Part shown: piece by piece, positions 1-9,914 of the stretch
Layout of the letters: each line of letters starts with the position of its first letter
How positions within the stretch are numbered: position 1 is the stretch's first letter
Assembly (NCBI RefSeq): GCF_006345805.1
Contig: NW_021834578.1
Location: forward strand, 1-45,286
Source of the DNA: Octopus sinensis
Taxonomy: Eukaryota
Length of the DNA stretch: 45,286 nt
Direction: 5' to 3'
Notes under the pieces: model-generated
What the model was told of the DNA's origin: nothing
What the model saw: only the letters and a program-made list of their open reading frames with translations
The model's database searches: none
Position numbers and translations under genes: made by a program

Positions 1-488
1 ATTCTGGGGAATAGGAGAGAGGGAACCAACAATATCCAACAATTTTGGTTACACAGACCTCTATATAACCAAATATAAAAGAGTGAACTACAGTGGGCAA
101 TGATGATGTAATGAAAGCCATAGGAAAAAGAAATTCAATTCTATATAACCACCTGAGTTAGGTAATCCTAAGTACTTGTCTTATATATTGTTATTAATGT
201 TTACCAGAAAAAAATCAGCGTTCATTGAATAAAAACTGAAAATATTGTTGTTGAGAGAGAGAGAGAGAGAGAATGAGAGAGTGTGTGCATCTGTAGATAG
301 GGAGAGACAGTGAGAGAAAGAGAGAGGGAAAAGGGTTTTGTGAGAGAGAAGGCAAGAGGCACTGTTTGACTCCCTCTCTCATTGTTATTACCATGTTGTC
401 TCTTCTCTTTTTTACTCTTACTTACATCGCTACTTCCTTATTGCATGATTTTGGACAAACTTACAAACAAGCTTATTATTATAATAGA

Positions 489-875
489 CTAGCAGTATCG
501 CCCGGCGTTGCTCGGGTTTGTAAGGGAAATAACTATAAAGCATTTTTAGAGAGTTATAGCCAAAAAATAGCAAAAAAATGGGAAAAAAAATGATGGTAAA
601 TTTTTTTTTGATAGTTAAAAAGGTCGAGTTGCGTCCCCTACACCATCTGCGGTTTGTGTTTCTGATTGTCGACCCCATGTCGAATTTATCGATCTTTTTC
701 AGAACTGGGGGGAACTTTTCAAAATTTTCTCTGCGTTAATTTTGAATTATGACATTGGGCTATGTGTGTGTCAAGTTTCATCAGAATCGGTTGAAAGCCG
801 TGGTCAGGGTGAGGGTACAACCTGACAGACACACAGACACACACACAGACAAACTGCCGTTTATATAGAGAGAGA
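489..875 (-). mobile_element. Non-autonomous Helitron
   Basis: On the minus strand: 5' TC(tctctatataaa), 3' hairpin cccgagcaacgccggg followed by CTAG, inserted between A and T. Confidence 0.8.
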
Positions 876-1081
876 TTATAATAAATTATTTACACATGAA
901 AACTTTTAAAAATTAGGTTTTGTATAGTTGCACCAGGATGAGTTCAGACCAGTCAGTATGAAAAGACTTATAAGCAGAAGCCAAACAAGCAAATGGTATA
1001 AGGAGTTACGTACCTTGCTTATGGAGACATTAAATGAGACAAATGTTGTTACTGAAAAGTCAACATTACATCCATATGTGA

Positions 1082-1405
1082 GGGCGCGTGGCTTAGTGGT
1101 TAGGGCATTCAGCTCGCGATTGTAAGGTCGTGAGTTCGATTCCCGGCGACGCGTTGGGTCCTTGAGCAAGACACTTTATTTCACGTTGCTCCAGTTCACT
1201 CAGCTGGCAAAAATGAGTTGTACCTGTATTTCAAAGGGCCGGCCTTGTACCTTGCACACTTTGTGTCACGCTGAATCTCCCTGAGAACTACGTTATGGGT
1301 ACGCGTGTCTGTGGATTGCTCAGTCACTGGCACGTTAATTTCATGAGCAGGCTGTTCCGTTGATCGTATCAACTGGGACCCTCGTCGTCGTAACCGACGG
1401 AGTGC
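1082..1405 (+). mobile_element. tRNA-derived SINE with CORE-like central domain
   Basis: A box TGGCTTAGTGG, B box GTTCGATTC, central tccttgagcaagacactt. Related copies at 31785 and 32577. Confidence 0.8.
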
Positions 1406-1534
1406 TCCTCCTAACATCCATATGCACTTTCATGGAAAACACCAGTGAAGCTCAAAGATCAACTTTAAATTTGTATTTTGTTTCATTTAAGATATGTGAA
1501 TATTTTCAATATATTTTATATAGAAATTACAATT

Positions 1535-1662
1535 GTGTGTCAAGAATGCTTCCCAACCACCTAGTTCCTAGTTCAGTCCCACTGCATGGCACATTGGAAA
1601 GTGTCTTTGGGCCAACCAAAGCCTTGTGAGTGGATTTATTAGATGGAAACTGAAAGAAGCCT
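1535..1662 (+). mobile_element. Degenerate fragment of second SINE family
   Basis: gttcagtcccactgc...ccaaagccttgtgagtggattt...ggaaactgaaagaagcc, shared with 41560-41945. Confidence 0.6.
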
Positions 1663-2196
1663 GGGATGGTAGAAAGATAGGATATATCCTATGCAGCACT
1701 CAACCTGAATTTTAGGCTATCTACACTGTCAGATTTCAGACTAATATCAAAATTCTTCAGGTGTAGAAAATCTAGGCTTCACAAAGGTAAAACCGTTGTA
1801 TGGATTTTGTGAAGAGTTAGAGTGGCATTTCTTCAGACTTACAACAAAAGTACGTGCTTACATTGTGCATCTGCCAGGCTGTGTGTTTTGCTTACATCAG
1901 GAGAAAACAAAAAAGTAAACAGAATAAAGATAAAAATGTAAACTGACTGTGAAAAATGGACAGGACAAGAACATTGTTAATACCAAAGTAAGTAAAAATA
2001 TGGTTAGGGGATGAAGAGGAAGGGGACAAGAAAATGAGGTAGAAGTGGAAGAAGTGGGAGGAGAAAGAGAAAGCGAAAGTGAATAGTTGAAAGGAAGAAG
2101 AGGAGTGATGTGGATTGTGATGCCAGAATTACCAGAATCAACTTATAATGGAAAAGTGAAAAGTAATTTTGGTGTAGAATCATAAATATATACTCT

Positions 2197-2597
2197 TTTA
2201 CTTGTTTCAGTCATTTGACTGCGGCCATGCTGGAGCACCGCCTTTAGTCGGGCAAATCGACCCCGGGACTTATTCTTTGTAAGCCCAGTACTTATTCTAT
2301 CGGTTTCTTTTTGCCAAACCGCTAAGTGACGGGAACGTAAACACACCAGCATCGGTTGTCAAGCAATGCTAGGGGGACAAACACAGACACACAAACACAA
2401 ACACACATACATATATATATATATACATATATACGACAGGCTTCTTTGAGTTTCCATCTACCAAATCCACTCACAAGGCATTGGTCGGCCCGGGGCTATA
2501 GCAGAAGACATTTGCCCAAGATGCCACGCAGTGGGACTGAACCCGGAACCATGTGGTTGGTTAGCAAGCTACTTACCACACAACCACTCCTGTGCCT
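2197..2597 (-). mobile_element. tRNA-derived SINE (second family, internal microsatellite)
   Basis: Reverse-complement match to 41560-41945 (ggttccgggttcagtcccactgcgtggca ... gctccagcatggccgcagtcaaatgactgaaac). Confidence 0.8.
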
Positions 2598-2891
2598 ATA
2601 GTGATAAAATATAGTGATAAAATAAAGAAAATAACAAGTAAAAAAAGGAAGGCTAATTGTAAAACAATATCAACAAAGACAGCAAGAATAATGAGAAGAA
2701 AATAATGATAGCAATACTACTACTACTACTATTAATAGTAATAAAAATAATTACGTTTATTTGCTTTGCAAGATTTTTGATGTGAAATCGTGTGTTGAAA
2801 CAGATATTATTGTATTTAGGAATGGTCATTTTGCCAGTTTAGCCAATAAAAACACACGCACTATATATTTGGTGTTACTTTGCTTCAGCAT

Positions 2892-4698
2892 TGCAGGAGA
2901 AATACCTAGCCAAAGATAAGCCCCTGTACCTGGCTTTTGTTGACATGGAGAAAGCCTTCGACAGGGTCCCCCGATCCCTTATCTGGTGGTCAATGAGGAA
3001 ACTAGGGATAGATGAATGGTTAGTGAGAGCTGTGCGAGCCATGTACAGAGACGCTGCTAGTAAGGTGAGGGTTGGCAACGAGTACAGTGAAGAATTCCGG
3101 GTAGAGGTTGGGGTCCACCAAGGTTCAGTCCTCAGTCCCCTCCTATTTATCGTAGTCCTCCAGGCAATAACGGAGGAATTCAAGACAGGATGCCCCTGGG
3201 AGCTCCTCTATGCTGATGACCTTGCTCTAATTGCTGAGTCACTATCAGAACTGGAGGAGAAGTTTCAGGTGTGGAAGCAAGGATTAGAATCGGAGGGCCT
3301 TAGAGTCAACCTAGCTAAAACCAAAGTCCTAATAAGTAGGAAGGTAGACAAATCACAAACGCCTTCAGGTAGATGGCCCTGCTCGATCTGTAGAAAAGGT
3401 GTAGGTAGAAACTCTATAAGATGCACCAAGTGTAAGCTATGGACACATAAGAAGTGCAGCAATGTCAAGGAAGGCTAACTGGGAAGATAGTTTTTGTATG
3501 TGGCAGATGCTCAGAAGCAATAAACACTGAAAATGCGCAGAGACCAACTTCCGTCACATTCCAGAGAGAAAAACTATAATTTGTTGATAGCTTCCGTTAC
3601 CTAGGTGACCAAGTCAGTAGCGGGGGCGGGTGTGTTAAAAGTGTAACTGCTAGAGTAAGAATAGCCTGGGCAAAGTTCAGAGAGCTCTTACCTCTGCTGG
3701 TGACAAAACGCCTCTCGCTCAGAGTAAAAGGCAGACTGTATGATGCATGTGTATGTACAGCCATGATACATGGCAGTGAAACATGGGCTGTGACTGCTGA
3801 GGATATGCGTAAGCTCGCAAGAAATGAAGCCAGTATGCTCCGATGGATGTGTAATGTCAGTGTTCATACTCGACAGAGTGTAAGTACCTTGTGAGAGAAG
3901 TTGGACCTAAGAAGCATCAGTTGTAGTGTGCAAGAGAGACGTTTGCGCTGGTATGGTCATGTGACGAGAATGGATGAAGATAGTTGTGTGAAAAAGTGCC
4001 ACACCCTAGTGGTTGAGGGAACCTGTGGCAGAGGTAGACCCAGGAAAACTTGGGACAAGGTGGTGAAGCATGACCTTCGAACTTTAGGTCTCACCAAGGA
4101 AATGACTAGAGACCGAGACCTTTGGAAGTATGCTGTGCTTGAGAAGACCCAGCAGGACAAGTGAGACCATAACCCATGGCCTCTACCTGGGATGTAGCCA
4201 GTCCACTTATGCATACCTTTCCTTCTTGGGACACAAAACTGTACTTATGAAGACCTGTTGAGGCAAGTGAGAATCAGAATCGATCAGCATCAGTGGAAAT
4301 TGTAGCTGTGAAACCAGTGCCAGTGGCATGTAAGAGAACCATCTGAACGTGGCCGTTGCCAGCGCCGCCTTGACTGGCTTCCGTCCCAGTGGCACGTAAA
4401 AAGCACCATCCGATCGTAGCCATTGCCAGCCCCACCTGGCCTCCGTGCTGGTGGTACGTAAAAAGCACCATCCGTCCGTGGCCGTTTGCCAGCCTCGTCT
4501 GGCACCTGTGTTGGTGGCACGTAAAAAGCACCCACTACACTCATGGAGTGGTTGGCGTTAGGAAGGGTATCCAGCCGTAGAAACATTGCCAGATCAGACT
4601 GGGCCTGGTGCAGCCTTCAGGCTTCCCAGACCCCAGTTGAACCGTTCAACCCATGCCAGCATGGAAAGCGGATGCTAAACGATGATGATGATGATGAT
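2892..4698 (+). mobile_element. 5'-truncated RTE-clade LINE
   Basis: RT motifs AFVDMEKAFDRV, GVHQGSVLSP, LLYADD and a C-terminal RRLRWYGHV...GRPRKTW. The 3'UTR repeats end in a (GAT)n tail. Frameshift and stops present. Confidence 0.93.
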
Positions 4699-4716
4699 TA
4701 ATCTTAATCTTATTTC

Positions 4717-4761
4717 GGCCAGAGTTCTTTCGTCACACTCCTGTGACTGCATCAGTGGTCC
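4717..4761 (-). ncRNA. Minimal type I hammerhead-like motif (variant core)
   Basis: ggacca CUGAUGCA GUCACA ggag UGUGAC GAAA GAAC UC uggcc. Confidence 0.55.
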
Positions 4762-5173
4762 TTTGCTTTCTTCTTTCTTATTTCATGTCTCTCCTTACTA
4801 ACGAAAGAACTCTGGCCGAAATAAGATTAAGATTAATGTAAAAAATAAATAACACTGAAGCAAAGTAACACCAAATATATAGTGTGTGTGTTTTTGTTGG
4901 CTAAACTGGCAAAATGACCATTCCTAGATACAACAATAAAAATAATAGCAAAAATAATATAAAAGATAATAATAGTAATAGCCAGTTGAAACTTTAATGA
5001 TGATGAAGACTAAAGGAAGATAATGTTGTGGACAGTAGAAGAGATATGATGGACATAGGCAATAAACGACATGAGTAAAGTGAGAAGGATGGAAATGAAG
5101 CTAACCAGAATTATTCCTGGTGACCTTATACACATACCTATACATACACACACATATGCAAATGCACATGGAT

Positions 5174-5227
<54 letters not shown>

Positions 5228-5759
5228 AGATATGGAGGGAGAAAGACAAACTTAATTTGCAGCAGTAAGTTTCACCCTACCAAATTGGTAACTTGGGCTG
5301 AGTTGCTTGCACCCATAGTTACATTGAAATATTCTAGTCTGTCCATATGAGGCTGTCATTCAAAGTAAATATTGTTTTCCTAGCTGCTACAATTGGGCTG
5401 GTGTCTTTAAATAAAGAGGTGTTCCTGATGGCAAAGATTATAGCCTCACTGAGAAGTACAAGTTTAATAGATGAGTAGTACAAGTTGATATCTATCTGTA
5501 TGAATTTATTTGTATTTTGTAAAGTAAATTCTTAAACCAGTCAATAACATCAGTTGTGTCTGACCAAAGATCTAGTTTAATAAGTTTCCTCAATGTAGGG
5601 AGTATCATATCTATAACGGTTTTGTGATTGCAAATATGTCAATTTTCATTCGGAACTTTTGTGTGAGCTTACATTAAAAGCTGAGCTCGTACAAAAACAA
5701 CTACAACTGACCATTAAAGATGTGTTGAAGTCTTCTTATTTGGATTGTATAAATATATA

Positions 5760-5970
5760 TAGGAAATGACCAGAGACCGAGACCTTTGGAAGTATGCTGT
5801 GCGTGAGAAGACCCAGCAGGACAAGTGAGGCCTGTGCATACCTTCCTTCTTGGGACACAAAATTCTACTTGTGAAGACCTGTTGAGGCAAGTGAAAATCG
5901 AAATCGATCAACATAAATGGAATTTGTAGTTGTGATACCAGTTCTGGTGGCACGTAAGAGAACCATCCGA
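5760..5970 (+). mobile_element. RTE fragment (ORF end and start of 3'UTR)
   Basis: EMTRDRDLWKYAVREKTQQDK* followed by the 3'UTR start. Confidence 0.85.
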
Positions 5971-6085
5971 AAGAGATACTTTTTTATCGAGATTTCATTG
6001 CTCATAATTACAGGTAAATATTATACAAGCATATATTATCACTAACAAGTATAGTGTATGTATGTAGTGTGTGTGTGTAGATACA

Positions 6086-8199
6086 CATCATCATCATCAT
6101 CATTTAACGTCCGCTTTCCATGCTAGCATGGGTTGGATGGTTCAACTGGGGTCTGTGAAGCCAGAGGGCTGCTTCAGGCCCAGTCTGATCTGGCAGTATT
6201 TCTACGGCTGGATGCCCTTCCTAACGCCAACAACTCCGTGAGTGTAGTGGGTGTCTTTTACGTGCCACCCACACAGGTGTCAGACAGAGCTGGCAGACGG
6301 CCATGGACAGATGGTGCTTTTACGTGCCACTGGCACAGGGGCCAGGCGAGGCTGGCAACGGCCACGAACGGATGGTGCTTTTATGTGCCACCGGCACGGG
6401 GGCCAGGCAAGGCTGGCAACAGCCACGAACGGATGGTGCTTTTTACATGCCACCGGCCCGGAGGCCAGTCGGGGCGGCGCTGGCAACGGACATGATCGGA
6501 TGGTGCTTTTACGTGCCACCGGCACGGGGGCCAGGCGAGGCTGGCAACAACCACGAACAGATGGTGCTTTTTTACATGTCATCGGCACGGAGGCCAGTTG
6601 GGGCGGCGCTGGCAACGTCCACAATCGGATGGTTTGCTTATTTGTCACCGGCACTGGTATCACAGCTGCAATTTCCATTGATGTTGATCGACTTCGATTT
6701 TGGTTCTGCTTTCTGATATCTGATTTGATTTTGATTTTCTGATTTTGATTTTCACTTGCCTCAACGGGTCTTCACAAGTGGAGTTTTGTGTCCCAAGAAA
6801 GAAAGGTATGTATAAGTCGACTGGCTACATACCAGGTAGAGGCCATGGGTTATGGCCTCACTAGTCTTGCCGGGTCTTCTCACGCACAGCACACTTCCAT
6901 AGGTCTCGGTCTCTAGTCATTTCCTTAGTGAGACCTAAAGTTCGAAGGTCATGCTTCACCACCTCGTCCCAGATTTTCCTGGGTCTACCTCTTCCACAGG
7001 TTCCCTCAACCGCTAGGGTGTGGCACTTTTGCACACAACTATCTTCAGCCATTCTCGTCACATGACCATACCAGCGCAAACGTCTCTCTTGCACACCACA
7101 ACTGATGCTTCTTAGGTTCAACTTTTCTCTCAAGGTACTTACACTCTGTCGATTATGAACACTGACATTACACATCCATCGGAGCATACTGGCTTCATTT
7201 CTTGCGAGCTTACGCATATCCTCAGCAGTCACAGCCCATGTTTCACTACCATGTAGCATGGCTGTACGTACACATGCATCATACAGTCTGCCTTTTACTC
7301 TGAGCGACAGGCCTTTTGTCACCAGCAGGGGTAAGAGCTCTCTAAACTTTGCCCAAGCTATTCTTACTCTAGCAGTTACACTTTCAACACACCCACCCCC
7401 ACTACTGACTTGGTCACCTAGGTAGCGGAAGCTATCAACTACTTCTAGTTTTTCTCCCTGGAACGTGGTAGAAGTTGGTCTCTGCACATTTTCAGTGTTT
7501 ATTACTCCTGAGCATCTGCCACAGACAAAAACTATTTTCCTAGTTAGCCTTCCTTTGACATTGCTGCACCTCTTATGTGTCCATAGCTTACACTTGGTGC
7601 ACCTTATAGAGTTTCTACCTACACCTTTTTTACAGATCAAGCAGGGCCATCTACCTGAAGGCGTTTGTGATTGGTCTACCTTCCTACTTATTAGGACTTT
7701 GGTTTTAGCTAGGTTGATTCTGAGGCCCTTCGATTCTAATCCTTGCTTCCACACCTGAAACTTCTCCTCCAGTTCTGATAGCAACTCAGCAATTAGAGCA
7801 AGGTCGTCAGCATAAAGGAGCTCTCAGGGGCATCCTGTCTTGAATTCCTCCGTTATTGCCTGGAGGACTATGATAAATAGGAGGGGACTGAGGACTGAAC
7901 CTTGGTGGACCCCAACCTCTACCCGGAATTCTTCACTGTACTCGTTGCCAACCCTCACCTTACTAGCAGCGTCTCTGTACATGGCTCGCACAGCTCTCAC
8001 TAACCATTCATCTATCCCTAGTTTCCTCATTGACCACCAGATAAGGGATCGGGGGACCCTGTCAAGGCTTTCTCCATGTCAACAAAAGCCAGGTACAGGG
8101 GCTTATCTTTGGCTAGGTATTTCTCCTGCAGCTGTCTTACCAGGAATATAGCATCACTAGTACTTTTCCCTGGCACGAACCCAAACTGCATCTCATCTA
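6086..8199 (-). mobile_element. 5'-truncated RTE-clade LINE
   Basis: ORFs 8027-8230, 7824-8030 and 6861-7784 are frameshifted RT pieces. About 7 3'UTR repeat units and a (GAT)n tail at 6086. Confidence 0.95.
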
Positions 8200-8358
8200 T
8201 AACAATACAGGTTTCCACAGGGACAAACAAATTCTACTCACAAAAGCATTTCAGACAACCAGAAACTATAATAGGAGACACTTGTCCAAAGTGTACACAG
8301 TCCTTACAGAGTACCTGCAATTATAATTTACAGAGGTGTATTACCAATTGTTACTTAC

Positions 8359-8426
8359 TGAGGAGTATCACTTATTTTCAAAACAGAACGTTCTGGTATA
8401 GAAAAATGCTTCTCCCTTTTTTCATC
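8359..8426 (-). CDS. MAN2A1: alpha-mannosidase II coding exon E (not in ORF track)
   Basis: DEKREKHFSIPERSVLKISDTP. Long polyT tract plus aaatacag acceptor, GTAAGT donor, 68 nt, phase 0 to 2. Resembles the corresponding human MAN2A1 segment as recalled (D..Q..QDSLP...I.LS..P). Confidence 0.8.
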
Positions 8427-8899
8427 CTGTATTTAAAAAAAAAAAGAAATAGTTTGTAATTTACTCTCAGCATTTACATTTGTGAGAAATAGCAACCAAA
8501 TCTTCCTCAAATCACACTTTAAAATGCATGACACAGAAGTATTTAAAACAACAATTTTCCTAAAATGATGCATCAAAAATTTTACTGTGTCGCAAGGGAC
8601 AAAAACAAATTTCAAGCAAAGTCTCTTTTTGATATCAACCAACCTGACACAGCTCCCACTTCTTCTGAGATACAAACTTCCTGTTTTAAAGTGATCTGAC
8701 CAAACATTTATTGAAGAATATCTCCCAATGAATACTTATAAAGGAGCAGCCTCAATTATTATTTACTGCATCAGACTCTCTATTTGCCATTCAGTATCCT
8801 GAATCAACAATCTTTTGTAATTACTTTCATGCCAGATTTCTTTTCAGTCATGGAAGTGCTTACGAAGGAAAGGAAATCAAAAGCAGTCATTCAACTCAC

Positions 8900-9014
8900 A
8901 ACATTAAACATAGGTTTTTCTTTGGAGTAGCTGTATTTGCTTTTCTCCTTCATCATTAAAAATGTGATGGATTCTGTTGTCAGTCTCTTCATCTCCATCA
9001 TAGCAGTCAGCAAC
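8900..9014 (-). CDS. MAN2A1: alpha-mannosidase II coding exon D (not in ORF track)
   Basis: (R)LLTAMMEMKRLTTESITFLMMKEKSKYSYSKEKPMFNV. Acceptor ttttcag, donor GTGAGT, 115 nt. Phase 2 to 0 continues exon C and resembles the MAN2A segment after DYGxR. Confidence 0.85.
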
Positions 9015-9309
9015 CTGAAAAATAAAAAAGACAGATTCTCTTATTCCTTTATTTGTATATTTATTTCTTTATCCTTGTAATGGATCCAGGCTTTGAATTA
9101 CAGTTATGATGGAGCACTTCCTTCAGGTAGTGTATGTGCACCTATGTATATGTGTACACACATATACACACAAAATCTTCCCAGTTGGGGAGACTATGTA
9201 GTCACCTCTTCAGCCAGACACCTGTCCTGTCTCTCATACTTTCATAGTAATATACCCCACAGAGTTGAGAGGCCTTGTCTTGCAAATACTTTCTAGCCTA
9301 ACTAGTGCA

Positions 9310-9472
9310 GGCGACACAGAAAAAGCAGCCAGTATACTATGTGAAGTGTAACATGCAACTGTAGAAACCTTGCCAAAACAAACATTAGACTTCAGTGCAG
9401 CCTTTTGGCTCATCAGTTCCAGTCAAACCCATGACAGCATGGAAAAAGGTATGTGAAACGATAACGATGACA
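9310..9472 (+). mobile_element. Degenerate RTE 3' tail
   Basis: ctgtagaaacc...cccatgacagcatggaaaa...aacgataacgatgac. Confidence 0.55.
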
Positions 9473-9482
9473 ACTAGACTAG

Positions 9483-9512
<30 letters not shown>

Positions 9513-9522
<10 letters not shown>

Positions 9523-9820
9523 GAAATGAAGAAAATGCTGACAAAATAATTTAAGTAATTTAAGTAATTTAATTAGGTGAAAGTTCTTTTTACCGGTTGC
9601 GCATTTGTTATGCTTATCAAAAGATATTTTTTTAAGAGAGATTAGAGCTCCTTTTTGATAGATTTCAGATAAGAGGAAAAAATCTATCAGAAAGGAACTC
9701 TATCTCTCTTTTTGATAGGCATAACAAATGCGCAACCGGTAAAAAGAACTTTACCTAATTAAATTACTTAAATTACTTAAATTATTTTGTCAGCATTTTC
9801 TTCATTTCCTTTTTATATAT
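9513..9820. repeat. ~150-bp-arm inverted repeat between (TA)n tracts
   Basis: aaaaggaaatgaagaaaatgctgacaaaat...gatagattt is the reverse complement of aaatctatc...attttgtcagcattttcttcatttcctttt. Confidence 0.9.
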
Positions 9821-9851
9821 CACAACTCGTGTTCCACATCTCCTTTTTTAG

Positions 9852-9911
<60 letters not shown>

Positions 9912-9914
9912 TAT

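Larger units (their letters stand above)
2808..4938. repeat. Fold-back (Penelope pLTR-like) element split by an RTE insertion
   Basis: 2808-2888 is the reverse complement of ~4855-4938, and 4698-4733 is the reverse complement of 4801-4836. The left arm is interrupted by RTE 2892-4698. Confidence 0.75.

Noticed and set aside
906-1125. Further mannosidase exon or independent gene
   Set aside because: No resemblance to the expected next GH38 segment (VVxNxL..R) and no convincing splice pair.
1082-1150. tRNA gene (also 32577-32650)
   Set aside because: The A and B boxes continue into a SINE core and repeated body, so these are SINE heads.
6133-6742. Multiple overlapping ORFs (also 4274-4586, 12702-13574, 14846-15315, 30103-30518)
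   Set aside because: By-products of the GC-rich, stop-poor 3'UTR VNTR, with no protein motifs.
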